NCBI GenBank assembly: GCA_034780895.1
Contig: JAUZTB010000064.1
Coordinates: forward strand, 112,154,040-112,218,039
Length of the DNA: 64,000 nucleotides
Reading direction: 5' to 3'
DNA from: Rhynchobatus australiae
Taxonomy: Eukaryota
A program made the translations under genes and the position numbers. Below the pieces are notes generated by a model. The model saw only the letters and a list, made by a program, of their open reading frames with translations. It had not been told where the DNA came from and made no database searches. Each line of letters starts with the position of its first letter. Within the stretch, counting starts at the first letter, position 1. Below, piece by piece: positions 1-12,961 of this stretch.

Positions 1-335
1 CCAAGTCAAGGCTCACATTTGGAGTTCTGTCCTTCAGTTGAGGTAATAAGTTGAGGGTGCTCTGCCTAATCATGTCAATGTAAATAGTTCCCTGAACCAC
101 TTCACAGAAGAGTAGGGTGGCATGCACCTGTGTTCCTGACAATGGTAACTTATCACCTCAACTAACCACACTAAATGGATCACCTGGTTGTTTTCTCCCA
201 ATTGGTGATGGGATAGTGTCCTGTGGACACAATGGCTGGTATAGGTCCTTCTCCCATCAGCAGTGATTTTACGTCAAAAGGACTTTAATGGCTGAAAAGT
301 ATTTTGGGAAATCCTGACCTGGTTAAAAATACTGG
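1..335 (+). mobile_element. Degenerate DeuSINE/SacSINE1-like SINE
   Basis: Order of motifs (gaagagtaggg...cctgtgttcctgacaat...cctcaactaaccacactaaa...caaaaggactttaatggctgaaaagtattttggga) follows the Deu-domain SINE body and tail as I recall them. Confidence 0.55.
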
Positions 336-744
336 GATACAAATTAGTTCATGGAAATCTGCAAAAACAAATACTCGGCTGTTGAAAATCAGCTTAATTG
401 GAGATGGAACAATTTTACAAAAATTTCTACATGCCTAAGCACCTATCAGGAAATGCATCTTCTCATTTTTTTTAGGAAAAATGAAAGTCTTGTCATATAT
501 CACTATTCTGACATAAAACTCCCCCACTGATGACAACTGTAGACTGAACTACTGTTGACATTTGGTGGGGTGGGGTTAACAACAGAAAAAGGGTGCCCAA
601 AGTTGCTCTAGTCTGGGCCAAGCCACTTTCCAGTAGCAGAAAAATGTGCTTTCGATCTCACTGTAAACAACTTTTTTTCTACTTACCCAACAGTTTGATG
701 TTACTAGCCCTGTTTCCCTTAACTGTGCTGGTTAAAGGCCCAAT

Positions 745-1010
745 ATTTTGACTGTTTCTTTTGGCCTTGCTGAGATAACCTCCAATACAAGCTCCCACAT
801 GTCTCTGGACTGCTTTGCTCATGGAATTCAAGATCATAATCACTCTCAGCTTCCTAGCCTCAGGATCATTTCAAGCTGCTGCTACTGCATTATGGGGGTC
901 ATTCCAGCATGGGGTTTGCTCATGTTCCTGTGGAGACCCTCATGAGCAGCCCCATGGTGGAAGAACATATCTCCTGCATGCAATGTTCTTCATTACTCTG
1001 TCCAGGCCCC
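745..1010 (+). mobile_element. PIF/Harbinger transposase remnant
   Basis: ORF 815-1015 contains KIIITLSFLASGSFQAAA, matching the Harbinger/HARBI1-type K-x3-L-x-F-x-ASGSFQ motif. Confidence 0.6.
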
Positions 1011-1199
1011 TCTGACTCCTTGCGAATATCCATTCATTAAGTAGCAACACTCCACAGCTAGAAGAGTGATAATTGTGTTTTATTATGTCTTTTAAGAGTT
1101 GGCTGCAAAGATCGCACCTGTTAGGCTAAACGGAGAAAACTGAGAACTTGCAACACAACAATCAGCTTCAGAGTGGGATTACGCAGGAAGTCCTTTACA

Positions 1200-3100
1200 T
1201 CTTTTTTCATAGCTCTTCTAAACCTAATGACAATATAATTGCTGCTTCTTGGATATTCTGCCACTGCCACTTGCTCCATTTGGCCTGGTTCATTTCTCAG
1301 AAACAAATCCAGCAATGCCAAGTTCCTGTTTGGGTCAGAAGCACACTAATTAAGAAAATGCTTCTTAACCTTTTGAAACTTTGTCCCTTATGTTATTGCT
1401 CTCCCTGTCAATGGATGAACAGTTGAAATCCTGATTATCACTACTCTATGGGTCTTACACATCTCTAATTTCCCTGCAAAGTTGCTACTTGATATGCATC
1501 CTAGTTTTCAGGCTAAAGGATAACCCTAGTAGTGTAATTGCACCTCTATTGTTTCTTGACTAAAATTATTCCAGGACATTCTCTCTCCAGCACAGCAATA
1601 TTTTCCTTACAGGTCTTCCCCAGGTTATGAATGCCTGACTTAAGTACAGCCCGTACATGAGGACAAGAGTTTGAGAGACGCGGGGGGGCGGGGGNNNNNN
1701 NNNNNNNNNNNNNNNNNNNNNNNNNNNNNNNNNNNNNNNNNNNNNNNNNNNNNNNNNNNNNNNNNNNNNNNNNNNNNNNNNNNNNNNNNNNNNNNNNNNN
1801 NNNNNNNNNNNNNNNNNNNNNNNNNNNNNNNNNNNNNNNNNNNNNNNNNNNNNNNNNNNNNNNNNNNNNNNNNNNNNNNNNNNNNNNNNNNNNNNNNNNN
1901 NNNNNNNNNNNNNNNNNNNNNNNNNNNNNNNNNNNNNNNNNNNNNNNNNNNNNNNNNNNNNNNNNNNNNNNNNNNNNNNNNNATAACTAAACTGTACATC
2001 TATTCTAGAACTTCTTGTGCTCCTTCTTAGTCTGGTCCTAACTAAAAAATTCCTAGTTCTTGTTCTGGTGCTATTTATCTACCCCAATCGCTTCAGCGCT
2101 CTTTGTCTCCATTTTGAATGCTCTCTTCCTGTGCTCAACTCCTCACCCCCCACCAAATTTGTTTAAACCTCCCTGCACACCATTAGTGAATCTCCTCCAA
2201 AGGGACTTCAGTCCTAGTTCTGTTGAAGCTCCTCTGTGGCATGAACAGGGTCCCAACTGCACCAGAACTGTCCCCAAAAGCCCAGAATCTAATGGACTCC
2301 CTCCTGCATCCTCTCTTCAGCCATGCATTAATCTGCTTCATACTTACTGGCACATGGCATGAGATAATCCAGTGATTACCACCTCTGAAGCCCTGTTTCT
2401 TAATCCCTTTCCTATGACTTGATAATCTGCCTACATGGCCACATCCATGATACACATTGGCAATGATACAGAGTGTGACTTCAGCTGGTTGCTCTCCCCT
2501 CTCCTCCACTCCCCTCCTCTCCAGAACTTTCTCCAACTTCCATTGATATTCTTAACCCTTAGCACTAGGGAAGAAACATACCATATTCAAATCTGTTCTT
2601 CAACCTCAGAAATATCTATCTGCTCCCTTACTAAAGAATCTTCTATAACTATTGACCTTTTGCTCTTATCAACCATCTTACATTATTGATCCTGACCTTT
2701 CTACTTTCATCTGCATTGCTCAGTAATCCACAGTGTTGTGGGTTTTGGCTATGGCTGCAATCTCCAGAGGAAACCTCTCCTCAGTACTCAGTACAGGCTA
2801 GAGATCAAGATCCCCTGAGGGTCTCTTGAATTATCTGTCTGTTCACTTTTGTCAGTCAGGTAGTCATGCATTCTCACTCTGCCTATACTCTCTTGAACTG
2901 TGAAATGACCACCTCTTGAAACATGCTATTTACCAAACACTCAGTCTCATGAATGGATAATGGTGATGTCAGTTGTTCTTCAAGTTCCCAAACTTACAGT
3001 TCAAAGCCCTCTGGTTACCAACACTGTTTGCACTTGCGATTAACCAGGGAACACTTGGAGTTTCTATATAGTACAGGATGAGCTTTCCACTACTTTGTGG
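1200..3100 (-). mobile_element. Decayed 5' half of a CR1 LINE (ORF1 esterase region and ORF2 endonuclease), gap at 1695-1982
   Basis: ALLDLFLRNEPGQMEQVAVAEY...IVIRF resembles the CR1 endonuclease end (LDLVLGNEPGQV...SDH...IRF); frameshifted RVVI/GDFN-like motif near 1420-1450; ERGEQPAEV near 2480-2510 resembles CR1 ORF1 EGEQPEV. Confidence 0.6.
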
Positions 3101-3539
3101 TATTCCAGAACACCCCTATTTATTAGATAAAGTCAATTAACAGATAAAGAATATACATAAAAGACTATTCCTATTAAATTTCTTATGGTCTTGCTCATCA
3201 AAACAAACTTAGTTAAGTCCCTAACACCGTTCAACCAAATGTTTGTTCAAACTCACTTGGAATCTGCTGTCTGTGCACATTTTCATTTCACTGGGGCTCT
3301 GTTTCACTGGAATTCTGTCAACTGTGCTTCTTATCTTCACTGGGGCTCCGCTTCCTGCACTCCTTTAGCTCACTGCGACCTCTTGCTCCCAAATGTCAGG
3401 GCTTTGGTTTGCTCGATCCTCAGCAGGGTAAAGAGAATGAGGAGAGGGTCCACAGAGCGGGGAAACCTGACAAGGCCGGCAACACACTGCACAAAGGGCT
3501 TTCTGTAAACTGTACATCTTGAAGTGATTTCACTTCCCA

Positions 3540-5965
3540 AAGGAAGTGTTTTCAGAGATAAGCACCACGTCCCAAAGTACCAACTGCAGCCACAGAGCAG
3601 GTGCAGAATGGTGCCACCAGCACCAGTAAAGGTCATGGTACCCATCAGTTTCAATGGCTCTGGGTTTTTTTCAGGCTGGTCCAGGACATATCTGCCACAC
3701 CTTCCAAACCTGCTGCTTTGGGAGCGGGGGACAGAATCACAGCTATTCTCTCCTTGAGAACAGAATTCATGTCCTTGAGAGACAGCAGCAGCCACAAGGA
3801 GCAGGTAGAGTCTCAAGACCTTTATGCACAGTACGCCATTGGCTTGAAGGCATATTGCACTGAGGACGCCATCAATCTTCCACAACTACAGGAGATCTCA
3901 CTCATTAAGCATATGACTGGTTTGCAAGCACATCCAGATCCTCAAGGTGATCCCTACCAGATGCCTGGAGAGCAGTCATAGCACTTTTATCTTATGTCAA
4001 ACAGAATTAAAAAAAAACACTATATCATTATTCCAAGCTATATTTTTATATCCAAAGCTATGCAAACACCACCCTTACCCATCCTTCACGTCCGTCTTCT
4101 CTATGCTACATTCTGCCTTAATTCTCCTATGTAGAGCTCTCATTTTGGCTGTTGCACAGCTGGAGGAATACTTGCAGTGGAGGAAGATNNNNNNNNNNNN
4201 NNNNNNNNNNNNNNNNNNNNNNNNNNNNNNNNNNNNNNNNNNNNNNNNNNNNNNNNNNNNGCCCAACCTTGTATTGCTGCATCTCAGCACGAGTGGCGGT
4301 GTGTGGGCTATGTGACTGACATCCAATGGCAAAGGCACTAGGGGAGAGGCAGGGGTGCGAGCAGGAAAGCTGTCACCCTGCAAGGGGACATGATCTACAA
4401 CATCACTGCCCAATGTCCACTACAGAACTTCATCAGTCCTTGGAATTTGTTGGAGTGATGTGACAACCTCAAAGTCTCTTTAAACATTGGCATCCAGAGG
4501 CATTACAGCTTAGATGCTAGTCAGTTTCTGATCTGTAACAATGGAAGCCAAGACCTTGACCATTATGTTGGGTGATGATTGGGACCATTCATGTTGAAAT
4601 TGAGCTTGCCAGAGGCAATGGACTCCTGGCTCCTTGTTAAGCCCTCTGCAAAGTTGGAGCAAGACTCCACCATGCTTTTTGAAATTATACATATTATTTC
4701 TGCAGATCTGCCAATGTATCAAGCAATTCGTTGCACATATCTATCAGCCTTTTTCTGTAGGCTAACTCATCAAGGTTCCCAGATAAATCACTAGAACTTG
4801 TGTACGACTCGGAAAGTGGGCAGCTGAATCACACTTTCCCTCACCCTGGCTTGATGACTCAACATACGCAGACCCTGGTTCTAAACCAGCCTTTGCAGTC
4901 TGCAAGGTGTCAGTATCTATGCTGCTTATTACAAGTGTCAGATGGCGTGATCGTCATTGGTCACTTGCAGCTGACCTGCCACTATCAGGCACGGGAAATA
5001 ATGCATTTAAGGTGAGAGGGGGAAAGTTCAGATGTGATGTGTGGGGTNNNNNNNNNNNNNNNAGTGGTGAGTGCCTGGAATGTGCTGCCAGGGGTAGTAG
5101 TGGAGGCAGATATGATAGAGGATATGAGGATTTTAGATAAGCACATGAATATGCAGAGAATGGAGGGGTATGGACTATGTGCAGGCAGAAAGGGTTAGTT
5201 TAATTTGGTGTCATTAGCTTAATTAGTTTGGCATTACATGGGGGGCTGAAGGGCCTGTTCCTGTGCTGTACTGTTCTGTTATATGTAATAAGGTTATGAT
5301 GAGGGAAGGGCAAAAATAAAAAGGACATGCTTACAAAATGTCCGACATAATCAATGGAGATTATGGGATAAGGAGGAACAGGAACATGACAAAGGAATGA
5401 TAATTCCGCCATTTTCAATGGTCTCCGCACTGTCTCTGTGAGAACCAACACTCTCCCCTTCAAGGGGTGAGATATGACATCCATATGCTTCCACCACTAA
5501 GGCTGGCTGTGCTCCATTTTTACCTGTGAGCACCAGTGAGTGTTGTGTATCGTGTGTGGCTGAATTGCTTAAACAGCTGGCATTGTCCATATACTGCGAT
5601 GTGTGGGTATGAGGCTTGGAGTAGTGGTAGGTTTGAAAGTGTGATGAGGCACATAAAGCAAGGTTTGAGTCCTGACTGACATAGTTGGTAACACAATGAT
5701 GTGGGTGCACTGCATTGACCAATGTGTGAGGTTACCAGAGGAGCTTATGAGAGATGGAATTTGAAGGTGCCATGTGACCATGCGTTTGTGGATATTGAAC
5801 ATATTTCTGCACTTCATTCACATCCTTGGTCTAGATTGCTAACACTGACCTCTTTCCACGGCTGCTTTAGCATTTGCATTATAATCTCCTAGTCCACTGT
5901 GGTTGAAGAGCATCTCTGCTCCACTCACCTGGTCCACCAGGACCTCCAGTGCTACATGGAAATAT
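3540..5965. mobile_element. Fossil PIF/Harbinger transposon: transposase (+, ~3540-3980) and convergent Myb/SANT-like gene (-, ~5400-5965)
   Basis: Plus: PAPVKVMVPISFNGSGFF, GHICH, HSLSI*LVCKHIQIL..TRCLESSH across frameshifts. Minus: FHVALEVLVDQV and PRM*MKCRNMFN, resembling the Harbinger Myb-like (ALEVLV..V...PRTW.QCRKKFNDL) domain. Confidence 0.6.
4990..5285 (+). mobile_element. CR1 (HER1-like) LINE 3' fragment inserted in the Harbinger fossil
   Basis: tttaaggtgagagggggaaagttcag...tggaatgtgctgccagggg...gggctgaagggcctgttcctgtgctgtactgttct, the CR1 3' end repeated many times in this window. Confidence 0.8.
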
Positions 5966-7029
5966 CTAAGTATCTGAACTCTCCTGTGATTGGCCAATGC
6001 CTCTGGCTACACCATCGATCTGAAGGATGAATTCCACCACTTGATTCAGACAGAAAACACTTCTCCTTTAAATTACAGGCTGTCTCTAATCAGCGACAGC
6101 TGGCTTGAAATGATGCTATCCAATCAAGAGGGTGAACCCTGTGATGAAGTGCTAAGGCAGTATATAGCGTAGTTAGCACTAACTTGTCAGTGTTATTAAT
6201 GTCGCAGCATGAATTATCTGCGCATCTTAGACTGTAATAAAACAAGTGTGGGTTAATCATTCATTGTGATCCCTGTGCTCATTTTCCAATGCTATCCAGT
6301 TTATCCCTCTGCATTTCTCAGTGAGAATTCTGGAAAGATGAGTCTAAGCATGTTGATCACATGTCTAGTGTTCGTCTTATGACCTGACTGCTATACAACC
6401 ATACCATTAGATAAACTAGCAGCATGGCACTTTGGCAAATACAAATACAGGTAAACAGTGAAAGGCAGCATTAATCAGTATATAAAATGCTGCAATTTAA
6501 TCTCTAAAAATAGAGTTTATCTTGTCTATCATGCACATTAAGTCTGTTCTCCCTGATGTCACTTTTGTTCTTCTGCCCTGGTATTTTTCTATTTTATATT
6601 CAGGTCTATCATACATTGTTCACCAAGATATATTTATGGAAAGTCTTTCCCTCTGTTTCAGCTTTTCCCCTCAATCAAGCTTCATTAATAAAACCCTGAC
6701 ATGCTGCTTCCATGATAAATTAACCCCATGTCTTGTCCTACTCCAAATATGCATTGAAAAGTAAAATCTGTTATATAAAAATAAGATTAAAATAACACAA
6801 CACTTTGTCTATATTAATTCATCCCAGAATCTAAATGTTGTAACTTGCAATTCTTCCATTCCCCCCACACCCTAAGTATAGCCTTGCCCACAATACTATA
6901 TTTTCAAAGCCATTAAGCCAAATCCTGATAGTCTATTCCTAGCAACTATGTAACAACTTCCACAAGCTGCCCTCATAATGAGAGTGATGGAACAACAGCA
7001 GCTTGCACTTATAGAGTATTTAGAAAGTA

Positions 7030-7485
7030 AAGCATCCTTCCCCATAGGTGGTATTTACAGGAGGCGCTGCCTCAAGAAGGCATCATCCATCATCAAAGAT
7101 CCCCACCACCCAGGCCATGCCATCTTCTTGCAGCTACCATTGGGCAGGAAATACAGAGGCCTGAAGTCCCAGACCACCNNNNNNNNNNNNNNNNNNNNNN
7201 NNNNNNNNNNNNNNNNNNNNNNNNNNNNNNNNNNNNNNNNNNNNNNNNNNNNNNNNNNNNNNNNNNNNNNNNNNNNNNNNNNNNNNNNNNNNNNNNNNNN
7301 NNNNNNNNNNNNNNNNNNNNNNNNNNNNNNNNNNNNNNNNNNNNNNNNNNNNNNNTACATTTTACCTGTGACTGCTGATGCTATAATGCTATGTGAGTGT
7401 GCTGCTGCAGCAAGTAAATTTTTCATTGCACCTTTGCATACATGTATTTGTGCACATGACGATAAACTCAACTTTGACTTTGAAT
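7030..7485 (+). mobile_element. Rex1/Babar-like LINE 3' fragment (internal gap)
   Basis: KKASSIIKDPHHPGHAIFLQLPLGRKYRGLKSQTT matches the Rex1 C-terminus; tail tttttcattgcacct...gtgcacatgacgataaactc. Confidence 0.75.
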
Positions 7486-7649
7486 ATTACCAGACAAAAT
7501 TTGACTTTGAGTAACATAGATATTAGGATAGATGACCAAAAGCTTGATTAATGAGGTGGGTTAGTAGGGGTGCCTCAAAGGAGGAGAAAGTTGTAGGTTA
7601 GGGTACAGATTTCTGAGCTTCAGGGTAAATAAAATTTTTAAAAAATTAC

Positions 7650-7815
7650 AAATGTTGGAAATCTGAAATAAAAACATAAAATGCTGGAAACAGTCAGCAT
7701 CCGTGGAAAAAGAAAGGTTCTGACAACGGGTCTTTGACCTGAAACATTAACTCTGTTTCTCTTTCCACACATGCTGTCTGATCTGCTGAACGTTTGCAAC
7801 ATTTTCTGTTTTCAT
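7650..7815. repeat. Penelope-derived cassette in inverted (palindromic) arrangement with hammerhead-like core
   Basis: Left arm aaaatgctggaaacagtcagcatccgtggaaaaagaaa is approximately reverse-complementary to right arm tttctctttccacacatgctgtctgatctgctgaacgtttgcaacatttt; core gttCTGACAAcgggtctttgacctGAAAcATTaac at 7717-7751. Confidence 0.65.
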
Positions 7816-8334
7816 TCCTGAGCTCAGGGCCGAGGCTACTGAAGGCATATCCTCCACTGATGCAGGAGGCTGTGGAGATCGGGAGTGGGGATGCCCTAAT
7901 TGGTACTGATTAGTATTAACTAATGCACCAGAAATTTGGCAGACTTTAATACGACCAGTGATTTGTTTTTGCCCATTTTGTACTATTTCCAGGACCCATC
8001 ACATTTGTAATTGAAGTGAAATAAGGATTTTAAATTAAATAGGAGAGATTTAAAACAAATTAATTGATAAGTAGAGAAAAATGACAGCAAATAATTGCAG
8101 AATTAAGGTAGTAAATTATTGTTAGTATTCTAAAATAATGTTTGATGGTCATTTCTCTGTTGGAGGAAACTAAACCTGTGCAGATGTGACATACAGTATG
8201 CGCAAGGACATGCCATATGATGCCTCAGGAGCAGCATGCTTGGGTTTAGAAATGATGTTTTAAATACCAATTAGAAATAAATCATTGATATTTAGTCACA
8301 CATAAAAGAGTATAGTGGCAAGCAGAGCTTGATT

Positions 8335-8620
8335 CTGACTTGGGTGTTGTCTGTGTGGAGCTTATAAATTTTCTTTATGACTGTGTGGGTTTCCACCGGG
8401 TGTTCTGGTTTCCTCCCACATCCCAAAGATGAGCATAGGGTAAATGAATACTATAAATTGACCCTAGCATTTATGGGTGGCAGGAGAATCAGTGTGGAGT
8501 TGATGGACATGTGAGAGAGGAGAGGTTACAGGGAAGTATGTGGGGGAAATGGGACTGATGGGGTTGCTCTGAGATCCAGCACAAGCTCAATAGGCCAAAC
8601 AGCCTCCTTCTATGTTGTGA
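8335..8620 (+). mobile_element. HE1-like V-SINE with CR1-derived tail
   Basis: gtctgtgtggag...gtgggtttccaccgggtgttctggtttcctcccacatcccaaagat is the V-domain; ends in ggccaaacagcctccttctatgttgt (CR1-type tail). Confidence 0.8.
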
Positions 8621-11314
8621 GAAATATGAAAATATAGAGCAAAATGCAGTAATATGCAATTAAAAGTAGCCTTAATATTTACCTCAATTGATGGCTGTTT
8701 ACATGTCAGGAATGATATATGCTGCTGTTTTATGTGATGTTTATTTGCAGCATCAGTAATTGTGACCACATTTTCATGTAATTTGATATGTGAATACTGA
8801 TGTGATATATGTTCATAACTTAATGTACAACAGATAGGAATGGACTACAAATCTGAGTTTTGACAATAGATCTGCTATATTTTAAACTTTCTATCAAGGA
8901 TTCTTTCTTACATTTGGCTTAACTTATTTGAACAAAATCATGGATACACAATCTATAGTGCATTTAATTTAATCACATTTGCAAGAGAGATCCTATGGAG
9001 TTAAATATTGTTAACTCTCTTGGGTGCTGAACTTTTCATGTTCTGAAGCCTCATGTCCAATTCATGGTTGTTAATTTTTCTGGTCATTAATTTTAATGAA
9101 TGATAAATCGGATGGGTCGTGAATTGGACTGCTGACCTTCGAGGTCAATTATCCAATTTACAATCCTCTCAAGCAAGGGTGTCTGTTGGGAGCTGTGACC
9201 TTTTCATGAAGTGATTACAGTGGAAAACAGCACTTGCAATAGAAGACCTTTAATCTGATTCTCATTGCTTGTAATTGCAGCAATTATTTTCATTAGCCTT
9301 TTAAGTTTATAAACATGTTTGCACTCTACTTTTCACCAAAGCCAGAAGGGACTTCCTGAAATCATTACACATTTCAAAGCAGATCATCCCCTTCTTGCAT
9401 TACAAGAACCTAGAACTATTTTATTGAGGTTTGCAAATTACAATTTTACCGCCCAATGGCAGGATCAATTACAGAGAACAGGTATAATAAGCAGGTCATG
9501 CATCTTTTAGAAATAATTTCTAAAACCTGTTTAGAACATGGTGAACTGTAAGCACAATACCACCAATAATTTTCTTCCTTGCAATGGTCTGCCAGTATTC
9601 AATAGAACATATATTTCCACATTGATAAAATAACTGTGAGAACATTTATCAGACTCACCTACTAAATTTATTTTATCTAGATTTGTACTTTTTTCCAAAG
9701 GTGTAGGAAATTTATTCTTGAAATGTGCTGTTTTTATTTCCTAATCTGAAATCAGATGAAATGTATGCAGACTATTTTCTGGATTGGTTATCCTGAAACT
9801 GACAGGCAGGCAATTGGAAAGTGAATGCAGGAGTTTTGGTGAGCCACTGTGTCTTTGTAAACTTCCTAAATTTACAAAGGTAGATTTGGTAATTGATGAA
9901 GAAAATGGGCTTCGTGGAGTTAGTTCCATCCAACTGGAAGAAATCGTTTTAAAAGGAACACTTGGAATTGGACTCTTACAAGTTGTTTTAAATCTTTTAA
10001 ACCCAAATTGGCAGAAGCTTTCAATGTTTATGAAAATTTGTTTATAGCATGCAACTCTAAATGCATGTTGACTGCTCCCTAAGAAGGACGGCTGCCACAG
10101 CCTTCTCATCGGCTTTTGTTCACTGGTAATACAGATAAGGAGGCCACTGAAGAAAAGTGTAATGCTTTACCTTATGAAATCAGAATATTTTACTTAACCT
10201 CCTCAGTGACCCTCTTAAAGCATTTACTATCACTTGTCTGTGATAGTTGGTAGCTGCCTTCTTCCCTTTTTGGGGTGGGAATTGAACCAGCTACACTTAA
10301 ATATGCACCAGAAGGTACAAACAGGAGTGTGCCATTTAGCACCTCATGCATGTTCTGCCAGTCAATGAGTTCCTCGCTGTTCTGTGCCCTTCCATCAGAA
10401 ACCTTTACCATATCCCTTGATATTCGAGTTATATAAAAAAATCAGTTTTAAATTTAAATATAACAACTGAGCTGGCATCTATTGTAATTTGTGGAAGATT
10501 GTTCCAAACTTCTATCATCTTTTTTCATGTAGAAATGTTTCCCAATTTCACTCCTGAATGGTCTGGATTAAATGTTTAGTCTAAGTTTCCTAATCCTCGA
10601 TTTCCCAGCCAATGGAAATCATTTCCTTCTCTCCACTTCTTTCCATTTAATATCTTGGACACTTTGATCATTTCACCCCTTTCCTTCTATATGCCAGGGA
10701 TCAAACCTATTGTTCTGTAATCTCTCTTTTAAATTTAATCCTGGAATTATACATACAATTCCAGTAAATCTTCAATACAATCCCTCTGCCAATGTAAAGT
10801 TCCTAGCATGTGTTGCCTGGAAATGCNNNNNNNNNNNNNNNNNNNNNNNNNNNNNNNNNNNNNNNNNNNNNNNNNNNNNNNNNNNNNNNNNNNNNNNNNN
10901 NNNNNNNNNNNNNNNNNNNNNNNNNNNTCTAGATGTAAGTTCCAGTTGCCCTGCATGCCTCTTTGTTGTTTAGCTTGTTTGGACAGCTAGTGGAAAAGAA
11001 AGGTGATAAAAATGACCAAAACTCATCCAAAACTATCATGGAATACATATTTCAACCACACAAACTAATGGAGAGAGAAACTATACCAATAGCACACCCT
11101 AAGATGATGACATATTCTACAGCCCTGCATTTAACAACTTTTTGAGTTTCTTTGTTTGTATTCTCACTCTCTAGCTCCCCCCATTAACCCATGAAACAGA
11201 CAATCTCTGCAGCATATCTCCAGGGCAACCCCAGTCCCATCCTATCACAACTATTCCTTTAGCCCGATCCTTCGCTTCCCCTCCTACCCCCACCCACCTT
11301 CCCTGCAACTAAAA

Positions 11315-11450
11315 AACAACTCAGTCCCAATGAAGGCCTGAAATGTTAACGCTGTTTTTCTTTCCACAAATGCTGTCTGACTTGCTGAGGCTTTCTAGTA
11401 TTTTCTGTTTTTTATTTCAAATTTCCAGCATCTTCAGATTTTTGTTTTTT
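11315..11450 (+). repeat. Penelope-derived cassette (degenerate hammerhead-like core and conserved tail)
   Basis: cagtcccaatgaaggcctgaaatgttaac...tttccacaaatgctgtctgacttgctgag...ccagcatct, homologous to the other cassettes. Confidence 0.6.
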
Positions 11451-11489
11451 ATTGAATGCAACAATTTCACCTAACTCGGTTTTGCAGCT

Positions 11490-12130
11490 TGTCATAGAGT
11501 TGTACAGTATAGAAACAAGCCCTTCAGCCCATCACATTAATGCTGACTATCATGCCCATCTATACCAATCCCACTTCCCTGCACTAATTCCAAACGCCTT
11601 TATGCCCTGCTTAATCAAGTGCCTGTCAAGATGCCTCCTAAATATTGTTACAGTTCCTGCTTCAATCAAATCCTCTGGAAGCTAATTCCAGATATCAACT
11701 ATTCTTTTTGTGAAAAATTTACCCCTCTCATCTCCTTTAAACCTCCTCCATCTCATAATTCTATATACTTCTATCATGTCATAGAACATAGAACATAGAA
11801 GAGTACAGCATAGAACAGGCACTTCGGCCCACAATGTTATGCTGACAAAACTCTTCCCTCCTACCTACANNNNNNNNNNNNNNNNNNNNNNNNNNNNNNN
11901 NNNNNNNNNNNNNNNNNNNNNNNNNNNNNNNNNNNNNNNNNNNNNNNNNNNNNNNNNNNNNNNNNNNNNNNNNNNNNNNNNNNNNNNNNNNNNNNNNNNN
12001 NNNNNNNNNNNNNNNNNNNNNNNNNNNNNCCTATCAGGCAACGCATTCCAGGCATCCACCACTCTCTCAGTAAAAAACATACCCCTCATGTCTGTTCTGA
12101 ACCTACCCCCTCTCACCTTAAATGCATGCC
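11490..12130 (-). mobile_element. Two adjacent CR1 3' fragments
   Basis: Tails gtcatagagttgtacagtatagaaacaagcccttcagcc and (agaacat)n gtacagcatagaacaggcacttcggccc; MRGGRFRTDMRGMFFTERVVDAWNALP is the CR1 ORF2 end. Confidence 0.8.
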
Positions 12131-12620
12131 CTCTCTCAGTCTCAGTCTCAGTCTCCTTCGTTCCAGGGAAAACAGACTTAACCTATCCAATCTTTCCTGA
12201 CAACTTATGCCTTCCTGCCTTAAGGCTTCCTACCTTGCAAATCTTTTCCACACCCTCTCTCTAGCTTAACCACATGCTTCATATAGAGTGGTGACCAGAA
12301 CTGTGTCCAACCACATCCTTCCTATAGTGTGGTGACAGAGCTGGGCTGCGCTGATGCAAGGTCATCAACCTGAACATGGTGCTTTTTCTCCACAGGTGCT
12401 TAGTATTTCTAGCAGTTCTCTTCTTATTTAAAAAGCTGAGTGCTAAGGACAGCTGCAACCATAGTCACCTTTGAATTTACATTCAGAGTAATGTAGGCTT
12501 AATGTTCGAAAGCTGAACGGCAGGGGAGAGGGGATTATTTTAAATGTCTATCAGAAGTTAGAGCAGCAAAACAAGAGGCATCATGAGGAAACTCAGTTTC
12601 AAAAACAGCACCATCATTTG

Positions 12621-12820
12621 TCAACAAACAATCTGTAGGGGGGGGGGGGAAGAAATTGTCGACATTTCGGGTCAAAACCCTGCATCAGCTCTAGGGGCAG
12701 GGTTTGAACACAAAACGTCAACAATTCCTTTCTCCTCCACAGATGCTGCTTGACCCACTGAGGTCCTCCAGCAGATTGTTTGTTGCTCCAGATTCGAGCA
12801 CCTGAGGTCTCTTGTGTCTT
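12621..12820. repeat. Head-to-head Penelope-derived palindrome with hammerhead-like motifs
   Basis: caacaaacaatctg / cagattgtttgttg and aattgtcgacatttcgggtcaaaaccctgc / gcagggtttgaacacaaaacgtcaacaatt are reverse complements. Confidence 0.75.
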
Positions 12821-12961
12821 CACCATTTGTCAAGCTGTTCAACATCTGAAGATCAACTTCATCTAATTCCATCAAGCCAAATTATTAATCCAGTGATTCT
12901 GGAGTTCCAGCAGACCTTACTATATCCTCACAAACCAAACAGTTAGAGAATGTTACCTTAC

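Noticed and set aside
1121-1321. ORF ending VLSFLRLA, resembling TRPC S4 VLSFSRIA
   Set aside because: Flanking residues do not match TRPC3 exon 7, it ends in a stop, and its N-terminal part is CR1 endonuclease.
6115-6170. CCAAT followed by TATATA, promoter-like spacing
   Set aside because: Short motifs expected by chance; no downstream gene on that strand.
9741-10109. Overlapping ORFs of 122 and 87 aa in unique-looking DNA
   Set aside because: No similarity to TRPC3 or any family I recognise; cannot support an exon or nested gene.
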